Positions 1-5,875 of a stretch of 5,875 bases of DNA are shown here, piece after piece. The notes below the pieces were generated by a model that saw only the letters and a program-made list of their open reading frames with translations, had not been told where the DNA came from and made no database searches. A program made the translations under genes and the position numbers. Origin of the DNA: a virus; UHGV virus genome UHGV-0260700; one strand, 5' to 3'. Every line of letters begins with the position of its first letter. The first letter of the stretch is position 1.

Positions 1-206
1 GGTTTCATGGGCAGAGCTTTGATCTTAATAAAACGCAAGTTCAGACTCACCGTGCGAGATTACGAAAAATCGGTATTGATATTGCTCAAAAATGCAATAT
101 TGCTAAGTTCTCTCCGGTTATCATGAAAGAAAGCCGCGAAATTCATGTTTCACAATGCGTTATTCCAGACTGGTATATTAAACCTTCTCATTTACGTGTA
201 GCTTAA
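1..206 (+). CDS. 3' end of replication initiator gene (gII, with nested gX), partial, start outside window
   Basis: Frame starting at position 3 is open to TAA at 204..206 (67 codons, ends ...DWYIKPSHLRVA). Assigned by synteny only, immediately upstream of the gV-position gene; I did not recognise the sequence itself. Confidence 0.55.
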   Translation, partial: FHGQSFDLNKTQVQTHRARLRKIGIDIAQKCNIAKFSPVIMKESREIHVSQCVIPDWYIKPSHLRVA

Positions 207-222
207 AACAGGAATATTAATT

Positions 223-540
223 ATGTCTCACTACGGATTATTTGTTAAAGGTAAAATGCTTGGTTCGCGCCAGCGCAATAAGATGAATAGTGATTTAGTT
301 TATAATGAAATTGGCGTCGGCATGGAAAAGCCTGATGGTTTTGGCGGCACGAAAACAGAACAATTAATTATTCGTGTTTCTTCTTCTCTCGTTAAGGCTG
401 GCGTAATGAATCAGGCTAATAGCCTTATTGGTAAACTGGTTCAGGTTCCTGTCTATGCTAAAGCATGGTCTTTTGACGGAAAGGATGGCATTACATACAA
501 CCTTTCTAATGATGGTGGTATTAGCGAAATAAAGGTTTGA
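223..540 (+). CDS. Putative ssDNA-binding protein at the gV position (105 aa)
   Basis: ORF 223..540 with AGGA 9 nt upstream of ATG; sits between the replication gene end and gVII/gIX/gVIII as gV does in Ff phages. Longer than Ff gVp (87 aa) and no similarity to M13 or IKe gVp that I can see; function is by position only. Confidence 0.55.
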   Translation: MSHYGLFVKGKMLGSRQRNKMNSDLVYNEIGVGMEKPDGFGGTKTEQLIIRVSSSLVKAGVMNQANSLIGKLVQVPVYAKAWSFDGKDGITYNLSNDGGISEIKV

Positions 541-542
541 CT

Positions 543-629
543 ATGGATGATGTTATTCAGGTTTTGATAGCGTCTGGCATCGTTATTTCTTTTGGCCTCG
601 GCGCGATTACTGCGGGGGTCTTTCGTTAA
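543..629 (+). CDS. VII: Minor coat protein pVII-like (28 aa, MDDVIQVLIASGIVISFGLGAITAGVFR)
   Basis: Not in the ORF track (too short). ATG at 543 three nt after the gV stop, AAGG upstream; small hydrophobic peptide like M13 pVII (33 aa); stop TAA 627..629 overlaps the next start. Confidence 0.6.
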   Translation: MDDVIQVLIASGIVISFGLGAITAGVFR

Positions 630-724
630 TGTATATCGTTTATTTCTTCGGGGCTTATACCTTTGGTTTTGCCCTTTTCTATGCGGTCGGTTCATTTAAA
701 TCATTTTCTGACCGATTAATGTAA
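629..724 (+). CDS. IX: Minor coat protein pIX-like (31 aa, MYIVYFFGAYTFGFALFYAVGSFKSFSDRLM)
   Basis: Not in the ORF track. ATG 629..631 overlaps the gVII stop as TAATG; hydrophobic peptide ending ...DRLM, compare M13 pIX ...FTRLMETSS; stop TAA 722..724. Confidence 0.6.
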   Translation: MYIVYFFGAYTFGFALFYAVGSFKSFSDRLM

Positions 725-743
725 CCTTAATGGAGTTATTTCT

Positions 744-986
744 ATGAAAATTCTGTCTACTGTTAAATCTAAAGTTGCTCTTGCTTCAACTGCGCTTTTT
801 GTTTCTGCAAGTTCTTTTGCGGCTGACGGCGCTACAGGCGGTACTGATTATGCAGGTCAGGCAATGGACGCTTTGTTGACTCAGGCAAATGATCTCATTG
901 GTAAAGTATGGCCTGTTGTTGTTGCTGTAGTTGGCGCAGGCCTGGCTATTCGTCTTTTTAAAAAGTTCTCTTCCAAAGCAGTTTGA
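744..986 (+). CDS. VIII: Major coat protein pVIII precursor (80 aa)
   Basis: GGAG 8 nt upstream of ATG; signal peptide ending SFA followed by an acidic amphipathic N-terminus, a hydrophobic core (VWPVVVAVVGAGLAI) and a basic C-terminus RLFKKFSSKAV, the last matching the IKe coat protein C-terminus and close to M13 (KLFKKFTSKAS). Confidence 0.92.
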   Translation: MKILSTVKSKVALASTALFVSASSFAADGATGGTDYAGQAMDALLTQANDLIGKVWPVVVAVVGAGLAIRLFKKFSSKAV

Positions 987-1001
987 TTTCCATTTTACAC
1001 A

Positions 1002-1020
1002 GGGGCAGATTCTGCCCCTT
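1002..1020 (+). terminator. Hairpin terminator after gVIII
   Basis: GGGGCA(1002..1007) / TGCCCC(1013..1018) stem with loop GATTC, followed by TT; the same position as the strong terminator after gene VIII in Ff phages. The T-tract is short. Confidence 0.45.
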
Positions 1021-1037
1021 CATCTAAGCGGGTCATT

Positions 1038-2252
1038 ATGAAACGCAAATTATTAGCCCTTTTATTTATTATTTCTCCAGCTTCTCATGCTGCTATATGG
1101 GATAGTTTAAGCCAAAGCACTATGGAGGTTGATGTTTGGTCTGTAAGAAACGAGACCACACATAAACAATATATAAATTCTGATATGCTTGCTTCTGGTT
1201 GTTCTCAAGCAAAAGAAAAGGCTAACGATTTTTTCACGAGAACCAAATCAATTTTTCAGGATGTGTATCCGCCAAATGCTGAGTATAGATTAGTCCTTGA
1301 TGATTCTTGTTCGTTTAGTTTGCCACCGGGCGAAAAAGATAGCTCTTGGAGAATAGAGACTACAATTAATGCAGATGTTCAAGTTTCAGTTCCTGATGAA
1401 ACATCACCCGAACCTACACCAGAAGAAGTTTGTCAGACTAAACAACCTGAAGATGGTGTATTTAATAATGTTTTTTCTGATTCTGGCAATCGTTATATCA
1501 ATTATGATGGTTGTGAGTATGAAGCAACAGGGGTAATTGTTTGTCAAAGTGACGGTACTGTTTGTGCTGCTACGTGGAAACCAACTGGGCGTGTTTCAGA
1601 TGGTTCACATAATTCATCATCACCTGCCGATGATAATAATGATAATGGTTCAGAAAATGGTGGGTCAGAGGGTGGGGATGATGGTTCTGGCGGTGGTAAC
1701 AATAATTCAGGGGGGAGTTCTGGCGGCTCTTCATTAAGTAAGCAGGATATGATTGACGCAGTTAACTCCGGTGTATCTGGGGCTTCGTCTAATGTTGCTG
1801 ATGAGATAAGAAAGAAACTCTCTGAGCCTGACACGAGCTTTCAGGATAAAGAACATGCTGACGCGCAAAAATCTAAATACCTAAGTGATATAACTGATTC
1901 CCTTAACAATATTACACGTGGTGCTGGACGTTATGCAGATCCATCCCGTGGTGATTATTATGGGCAAGGTGATTCTGCTTTAGATAGTGCTACAAGCCTT
2001 GCAGAAAGCAACCTGGGTATTTCTAAAGATTCCAATGGGATTTGGGATTTATTTTTAAATGAAACTAATGCCTTGCCAAATGGTGATGGTTGTTCTGATT
2101 TTATTATGTTTCCCGGAGAAATTTACCAGATAGATATTCAATGCGATAAGTTGCAGTCAATTAAAGATGCACTTTCATGGGTGTTTTACTGCATGACATT
2201 TTGGTATGTCTTTACTTCATTAACATCCTTGCTTAGAAAAGGGAGTGAATAA
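1038..2252 (+). CDS. III: Minor coat / adsorption protein pIII (404 aa)
   Basis: Signal peptide [18 protein letters not shown]; internal motif [34 protein letters not shown] resembling the M13 N1 (TolA-binding) motif DRYANYEGCLWNATGVVVCTGDETQCYGTWVPIG; Gly/Ser/Asn/Asp linker; C-terminus [22 protein letters not shown]...[24 protein letters not shown] resembling the M13 pIII C-terminus. Confidence 0.92.
   Translation: MKRKLLALLFIISPASHAAIWDSLSQSTMEVDVWSVRNETTHKQYINSDMLASGCSQAKEKANDFFTRTKSIFQDVYPPNAEYRLVLDDSCSFSLPPGEKDSSWRIETTINADVQVSVPDETSPEPTPEEVCQTKQPEDGVFNNVFSDSGNRYINYDGCEYEATGVIVCQSDGTVCAATWKPTGRVSDGSHNSSSPADDNNDNGSENGGSEGGDDGSGGGNNNSGGSSGGSSLSKQDMIDAVNSGVSGASSNVADEIRKKLSEPDTSFQDKEHADAQKSKYLSDITDSLNNITRGAGRYADPSRGDYYGQGDSALDSATSLAESNLGISKDSNGIWDLFLNETNALPNGDGCSDFIMFPGEIYQIDIQCDKLQSIKDALSWVFYCMTFWYVFTSLTSLLRKGSE
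1590..1727 (+). repeat. Low-complexity Gly/Ser/Asn/Asp-rich linker region inside gIII
   Basis: Residues about 185..230 of pIII ([44 protein letters not shown]) encoded by repetitive ggt/ggc/aat/gat-rich DNA; this produces the artefactual ORFs on both strands in the track. Confidence 0.6.
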
Positions 2253-2593
2253 TGCCGTTCCTATTGGGTATACCTGCATTGCTTAGATTTCTTATCGGTC
2301 TTGTTCCATTATCCCTTGGATATATTGCAAGTTTCTTAGCTCGCTTGGCGACTAAAACAGGAATAATTGCCTTTGCTCTGGTTACGTTAATCACATCTAC
2401 GGTCTTGTTGTTAGTTCAATATTTATCAGAGATTACTTTTAGTAGCCTTCCTGCTGACTTTTCTCATTTAATAGCATCTGTATTACCTGATCATTTTCAT
2501 GCCTGCGTAAATGTCATTATGGTTACTCGAATTAGTGTATTGATTTTCGATTTAAAAGAAAAATTTCTTGATTATGCAAACAGGGTGATTTAA
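2252..2593 (+). CDS. VI: Minor coat protein pVI (113 aa)
   Basis: Start overlaps the gIII stop (TAATG). [17 protein letters not shown]... aligns with M13 pVI MPVLLGIPLLLRFLGFLL... over its length. Confidence 0.85.
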   Translation: MPFLLGIPALLRFLIGLVPLSLGYIASFLARLATKTGIIAFALVTLITSTVLLLVQYLSEITFSSLPADFSHLIASVLPDHFHACVNVIMVTRISVLIFDLKEKFLDYANRVI

Positions 2594-3688
2594 ATGGCGG
2601 TTCATGTAGTAACAGGTAAATTAGGCTCAGGCAAGACACTTGTTAGTGTTTCCAGAATACAGGAGAGACTTGCTAAGGGTTGTCCTGTTGCCACTAATCT
2701 TGACCTTAAATTGCATAATATGCCTATGGTTGGGCGTTATGCGAAAAAAACGCGCGTTATTCGCGTTCCTGACAAACCTTCATTAAATGATTTGCTGGCT
2801 ATTGGCATTGGAAACACATCTTACGATGAATCCCGTAATGGCCTCCTTGTACTTGATGAATGTGGTACTTGGTTTAATTCCCGCTCATGGGGTGATAAAG
2901 ACAGACAACCTGTTATTGACTGGTTTTTACATGCCAGAAAATTAGGCTGGGATATTATATTTTTGATTCAGGATATTTCGATAATGGATAAGCAAGCTCG
3001 TTTGGCGCTTGCTGAGCATGTTGTTTATTGTCGCCGTTCAGATAAATTAAACATTCCTTTTGTTGGCTCCATTATGAATTTGGTTTCAGGGGCACGATTT
3101 TCTTTACCAAAGGTACACTTTGGCATTGTCAAATATGGTGATAATGTTAATTCAATCACTGTTGATAAATGGATATATACAGGAAAATCTCTTTATTCTG
3201 CTTACAATACCAAACAAGCGTTCACAGATAATTATCCTCATGGCGCATTTTCGCTTTTGCCACCATTTATCACGCACGGTCAATTTTCTGTTCACAGAGG
3301 ATTTAATTATTATATGCGCCTCACTAAAATTTATTTTCGCAAATCGAACCGTCTTATATTAATGCTTTCTTTTTTGGCGCTGGGGCTTGGGCTTGGTTTC
3401 TGGCTCCAGTCTGGAAAGAATGTTGATGAAATCTCAGCTATTAAATCTGCTTATGCTGAACAGGCGAGGGCGGTAACGCCTGATTCGTCCAGTGACTTAC
3501 CCCGACTTTCTATTAATTCTTTTTCACAACTTGGCTTTGACGTTTCCGTTACGTTTGTTGATGCTAAAGGTATGAAATATCAGTATTTTGATTTGATTAA
3601 AGATGGTTATTCCGTTGATATTAAAGATGCCTGTCGTATTGTTATTAGAAAAGGTCGTTATTTACAGACTGTTACCTGTCAGGAGTAA
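2594..3688 (+). CDS. I: Assembly protein pI (Zot-like ATPase, 364 aa)
   Basis: ATG directly follows the gVI stop (TAAATG). N-terminus MAVHVVTGKLGSGKTLVSV with Walker A GKLGSGKT, then LLVLDECGTWFN and WFLHARKLGWDIIFL, all near-identical to M13 pI; C-terminal membrane segment present. Confidence 0.95.
   Translation: MAVHVVTGKLGSGKTLVSVSRIQERLAKGCPVATNLDLKLHNMPMVGRYAKKTRVIRVPDKPSLNDLLAIGIGNTSYDESRNGLLVLDECGTWFNSRSWGDKDRQPVIDWFLHARKLGWDIIFLIQDISIMDKQARLALAEHVVYCRRSDKLNIPFVGSIMNLVSGARFSLPKVHFGIVKYGDNVNSITVDKWIYTGKSLYSAYNTKQAFTDNYPHGAFSLLPPFITHGQFSVHRGFNYYMRLTKIYFRKSNRLILMLSFLALGLGLGFWLQSGKNVDEISAIKSAYAEQARAVTPDSSSDLPRLSINSFSQLGFDVSVTFVDAKGMKYQYFDLIKDGYSVDIKDACRIVIRKGRYLQTVTCQE
3314..3688 (+). CDS. 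XI: Putative pXI, in-frame internal initiation product of gI (124 aa)
   Basis: In-frame ATG at 3314 (MRLTKIYFRKSNRLILMLSFLALG...) just before the membrane segment, corresponding to the M13 pXI start (MKLTKIYLKKFSRVL...); GAGG about 13 nt upstream. Inferred by analogy only. Confidence 0.5.
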   Translation: MRLTKIYFRKSNRLILMLSFLALGLGLGFWLQSGKNVDEISAIKSAYAEQARAVTPDSSSDLPRLSINSFSQLGFDVSVTFVDAKGMKYQYFDLIKDGYSVDIKDACRIVIRKGRYLQTVTCQE

Positions 3689-3695
3689 TATTATT

Positions 3696-4961
3696 ATGCG
3701 CTCTGTTATTGTTGCTTTTTTATTTGCCTGTTCATTCTGCGTTTCTGCTGAAACTGTTAATTTAAATAATTCATCTGTTCGCTCATTTGTTCAGTGGTAT
3801 TCTTCAAAAACTGGCAAGCCTGTTATTGTTAATCCTGATGTTAAAGGAAACGTAACCGTATTTAATGCTGATGTTAATCCAACAAATATTGATGATTTCT
3901 TTAAGTCTGTTCTGAATGCTAACGGGTTTGTCATGCTTTCTGGCAATCCTGCGGTAGTCTCTTTGCCGTCTAAATTACCTTCACAGATGGTTTCGGGTTC
4001 CGATGATTCTGATAACCAGTCTTATGATACTTTTCCTTCTGAGCCATCTTACCAGCCAGTACCTGTGGCGCTTACGGTCAGAAATTTTAAGCTGACAAAA
4101 GTTAGATCGTCCGATGTTCAGCAACTGGTTAAAATTTATCTTGATTCTAATGGCGGTGGTAATGTCGTGGATTATCCAGGCAATAACTCGCTGATTGTTT
4201 CTGCGCCTGACGAGCTGCTGCCGGTTCTGTCCGATTTTATCAATTCTGTGGATGTTGCCCGTGACCAAGTATTGATTCAGTCGCTGATGTTTGAAACCAG
4301 CCTATCCGATGGTGTTGATTTGTCGTTTGCTGCGGGTTCTGCGTCTGGCCATAAGGTGGCGGGGGGCTTTAATACTTCTGCGCTCGGCAGTGCGCTTTCC
4401 ACGGCTGGCGGCTCTTTTGGTATTTTTGATGGTAACGTACTGGCTTTGTCTCTGCGTGCCGTTCAGAGCAATTCACGCTCTAAGGTGATTTCAACGCCGC
4501 GCATCCTTACTCAGTCCGGTCAGACGGGTTACATTTCTGTAGGTAAGAACGTGCCGTTTATCACCGGAAAGGTAACGGGCGAATCTGCCGGGGTAAATAA
4601 TCCGTTCCAGACTATCGAACGTCATGATGTGGGTGTTTCTCTCAAGGTAACGCCTGTTGTCATGGGTAACGGGCAATTAGTTCTGACTATCGACACTCGC
4701 GCCGATTCAATCAGCAATGATGACCAGGCATCCGATATTATTACTAATCAGCGCCAGATTCAGACTACTGTTCAGATTAAGGATGGTCAGACATTGTTGC
4801 TTGGTGGTCTTATTGATTCATCTTCCAGTAATGCTGACCGTTCAGTGCCTTTTATCAGTAAAATTCCTCTTATCGGCTGGCTTTTCACGAGTAAGGCTGA
4901 CAGCAATGAGCAGCGCATCATGTATGTTCTCCTGACCGCCCATATCATTCGCGCGCTGTAA
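3696..4961 (+). CDS. IV: Secretin pIV, outer-membrane export channel (421 aa)
   Basis: AGGAG 10 nt upstream of ATG 3696. Signal peptide MRSVIVAFLFACSFCVSA; strong similarity to M13 pIV throughout (VPFITGKVTGESAGVNNPFQTIER, DGQTLLLGGL, VPFISKIPLIGWLF). The track ORF from 3603 extends upstream into gI and is not the real start. Confidence 0.95.
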   Translation: MRSVIVAFLFACSFCVSAETVNLNNSSVRSFVQWYSSKTGKPVIVNPDVKGNVTVFNADVNPTNIDDFFKSVLNANGFVMLSGNPAVVSLPSKLPSQMVSGSDDSDNQSYDTFPSEPSYQPVPVALTVRNFKLTKVRSSDVQQLVKIYLDSNGGGNVVDYPGNNSLIVSAPDELLPVLSDFINSVDVARDQVLIQSLMFETSLSDGVDLSFAAGSASGHKVAGGFNTSALGSALSTAGGSFGIFDGNVLALSLRAVQSNSRSKVISTPRILTQSGQTGYISVGKNVPFITGKVTGESAGVNNPFQTIERHDVGVSLKVTPVVMGNGQLVLTIDTRADSISNDDQASDIITNQRQIQTTVQIKDGQTLLLGGLIDSSSSNADRSVPFISKIPLIGWLFTSKADSNEQRIMYVLLTAHIIRAL

Positions 4962-4965
4962 TGGG

Positions 4966-4999
4966 TTGCGGGATGGGTGCGTTAAGCCCCGTCCCGTAA
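4966..4999 (+). other. Imperfect hairpin immediately after gIV; candidate packaging signal and/or gIV terminator
   Basis: Arms 4969..4977 (cgggatggg) and 4988..4996 (cccgtcccg) pair with one T-G mismatch, loop about 10 nt; occupies the position of hairpin A (packaging signal) in the Ff intergenic region but is much shorter. Confidence 0.4.
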
Positions 5000-5039
5000 A
5001 CCATGAAGCGGCATCGTGTTTTCACCGTCTGTTTGTATT

Positions 5040-5220
5040 CTTTTACGCTTTTCTTCCTGTCTGCGTTCTCTGTGGCCTGATTCGTCCAGCAGAATGGCGG
5101 GGGTTCCCTTTAGGGTTCCGCTATTGTGCTTGACGACACGTTGCAAGATAACCTTATTGCGGGGTGATGGTTCACGCAGTGGGCCATCGCCCTGTAAAGC
5201 AGGTTTTTGTTTTTTGGTGT
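5040..5220 (+). other. Intergenic-region segment homologous to the Ff minus-strand replication origin
   Basis: 5099..5120 GGGGGTTCCCTTTAGGGTTCCG versus f1 GGGGGCTCCCTTTAGGGTTCCG; 5162..5194 GGGTGATGGTTCACGCAGTGGGCCATCGCCCTG versus f1 GGGTGATGGTTCACGTAGTGGGCCATCGCCCTG (one mismatch), followed by GGTTTTT. f1 sequence recalled from memory, not computed. Confidence 0.7.
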
Positions 5221-5252
5221 TACGTGGTCTGATACTGCGGGGATTTCCGAGG

Positions 5253-5270
5253 ATGCGCACTGGTGCGCAT
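5253..5270. repeat. Perfect 8-bp inverted repeat with 2-nt spacer overlapping the XerC arm of dif
   Basis: ATGCGCAC (5253..5260), spacer TG, GTGCGCAT (5263..5270); the arms are exact reverse complements. Confidence 0.8.
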
Positions 5271-5289
5271 AATGTATATTATGTTAAAT
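5262..5289. other. dif: dif chromosome-dimer resolution site (XerC/XerD target), prophage right attachment junction
   Basis: GGTGCGCATAATGTATATTATGTTAAAT is identical to the canonical 28-bp Escherichia coli dif (XerC arm GGTGCGCATAA, spacer TGTATA, XerD arm TTATGTTAAAT). Phage-like sequence ends here and the following DNA has host character. Confidence 0.85.
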
Positions 5290-5484
5290 TGAATTTATGA
5301 CGCCCAATACAGGCTTACTCCCTTGACTCATAATGCATCCCTCGCCTTTTCTGCACGCCTTCCATCGTGCCCTGTGTGAATTCTGCAAACTGTTGGCGGT
5401 TATCCTGCGTCAGATTTCACGTAGCGCACGCATTAAAAACCCGGCCACTGTGACCGGATAAGCCGACGGGACCTGCGTTTTTCA

Positions 5485-5875
5485 CTATCTGGCGGCAATT
5501 ACCGCATCTGCAATTTCCACAAAACCAGCACCTCCCGGGCCACGGGTAATCCACTGCGGAGGTTTCGGGATTTGATCAAGGTAATCTGATACCGTGCTCA
5601 CTCCAACCGTATGTTCAAAGAATGAAAACATCGGCGCATCATTCGTCGAGTCGCCGCTATACAATACGGCAGAACGTTCGGCATCAATGTCGAGATCGTA
5701 AAAATCCCTGAGCACTCGTCGGGCCATAGATAACTTGTCATATTCTCCAGACCAGCCAAGAATCCAGAGATTGTTTACGGTGGTTGTAGCACCTGCTTGC
5801 GTCAATGCGTTAAGTATTAATGAACACTGATGGGCTTCTGGCGGTTTAGCAAAGGCAATGGACGTCATCCTGAAA
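5485..5875 (-). CDS. HAD-superfamily hydrolase (Cof-type phosphatase-like), C-terminal part; start lies beyond the window end
   Basis: Minus-strand ORF ending at TAG (5485..5487), open to the window edge; contains the HAD motif-IV-like YSGDSTNDAPMF. Codon usage and GC differ from the phage genes. Confidence 0.65.
   Translation of the reverse strand, partial: FRMTSIAFAKPPEAHQCSLILNALTQAGATTTVNNLWILGWSGEYDKLSMARRVLRDFYDLDIDAERSAVLYSGDSTNDAPMFSFFEHTVGVSTVSDYLDQIPKPPQWITRGPGGAGFVEIADAVIAAR

Larger units (their letters stand above)
1..5289 (+). mobile_element. Ff/IKe-like filamentous phage prophage, right-hand portion, bounded by dif
   Basis: Uninterrupted same-strand gene order gII-gV-gVII-gIX-gVIII-gIII-gVI-gI-gIV with tight or overlapping junctions; recognisable pVIII, pIII, pVI, pI and pIV translations; Ff-like intergenic sequence after gIV; dif 28-mer at the right end. 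Left boundary lies outside the window. Confidence 0.85.

Noticed and set aside
453-695. 80-aa minus-strand ORF antisense to gV/gVII/gIX
   Set aside because: Arg/Lys-rich antisense artefact of the T-rich coding strand; overlaps three syntenic phage genes and has no plausible start context.
1537-1834. Track ORFs 1537..1737 (+) and 1544..1834 (-) inside gIII
   Set aside because: Generated by the repetitive Gly/Ser/Asn/Asp linker DNA; His/Met-rich or Pro/Glu/Leu-rich low-complexity translations in the wrong frame or strand of a well-supported gene.
1947-1955. RGD tripeptide in the pIII C-terminal domain (SRGDYY)
   Set aside because: A tripeptide of this kind occurs by chance often; no structural context suggests an exposed integrin-binding loop.
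3120-3362. 80-aa alternative-frame ORF within gI
   Set aside because: Out of frame with the strongly conserved pI reading frame; no independent support.
3603-3695. Upstream extension of the gIV ORF (track start at 3603)
   Set aside because: It overlaps the gI 3' end. The ATG at 3696 has an AGGAG Shine-Dalgarno and begins a typical signal peptide aligning with the M13 pIV N-terminus.
3981-4935. Four short ORFs inside gIV (3981..4268 -, 4291..4488 +, 4491..4676 -, 4717..4935 +)
   Set aside because: All lie within or antisense to the conserved secretin frame, with basic or hydrophobic low-complexity translations typical of off-frame artefacts.
4200-4961. Apparent rise in GC content in the 3' half of gIV relative to upstream genes
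   Set aside because: Judged only by eye on a few 60-nt samples; gI also has GC-rich stretches, so the difference is within normal local variation. A sliding-window GC plot would be needed.
5181-5217. Rho-independent terminator for gIV (GGGC-catc-GCCC or CCTG-taaag-CAGG followed by TTTTTGTTTTTT)
   Set aside because: Stems are only 4 bp, and the segment is better explained as the conserved minus-origin hairpin region; terminator activity cannot be judged from sequence alone.
4982-5300. ORFs 4982..5260 (-) and 5016..5300 (+) across the intergenic region and dif
   Set aside because: The region is homologous to the non-coding Ff intergenic region with origin hairpins; the translations are Arg-rich or Cys/Leu-rich with no start context, and one runs through the dif site.
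5441-5457. Possible hairpin (ccggccac / gtgaccgg) as terminator of the HAD gene
   Set aside because: The stem has a central mismatch and an unworkable loop; the adjacent T-run is on the wrong side for the minus-strand gene.
1-5875. CRISPR arrays, tRNA/rRNA genes, integrase or transposase genes
   Set aside because: Looked for and not seen: no regularly spaced direct repeats, no tRNA-like structures, no recombinase-like ORF.

Overview
The window holds the right-hand ~5.3 kb of an Ff/IKe-like filamentous phage (Inoviridae) genome integrated in a bacterial chromosome, ending at a canonical 28-bp enterobacterial dif site (5262..5289), followed by a host gene on the minus strand. All phage genes are on the + strand in classical Ff order: gII/gX 3' end (1..206), a gV-position protein (223..540), gVII (543..629), gIX (629..724), gVIII major coat (744..986), hairpin terminator, gIII adsorption protein (1038..2252), gVI (2252..2593), gI assembly ATPase with nested gXI (2594..3688), gIV secretin (3696..4961). 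The 300 bp between gIV and dif matches the Ff intergenic region (packaging-signal-like hairpin and minus-strand origin) but lacks the plus-strand origin, so the intergenic region appears split at the attachment site. No integrase, toxin or other cargo gene is visible, consistent with host XerCD-mediated integration. The host flank (5485..5875, minus strand) is the C-terminal part of a HAD-superfamily hydrolase. All homology statements rest on reading the translations and on recalled M13/f1/IKe sequences; no search was run.
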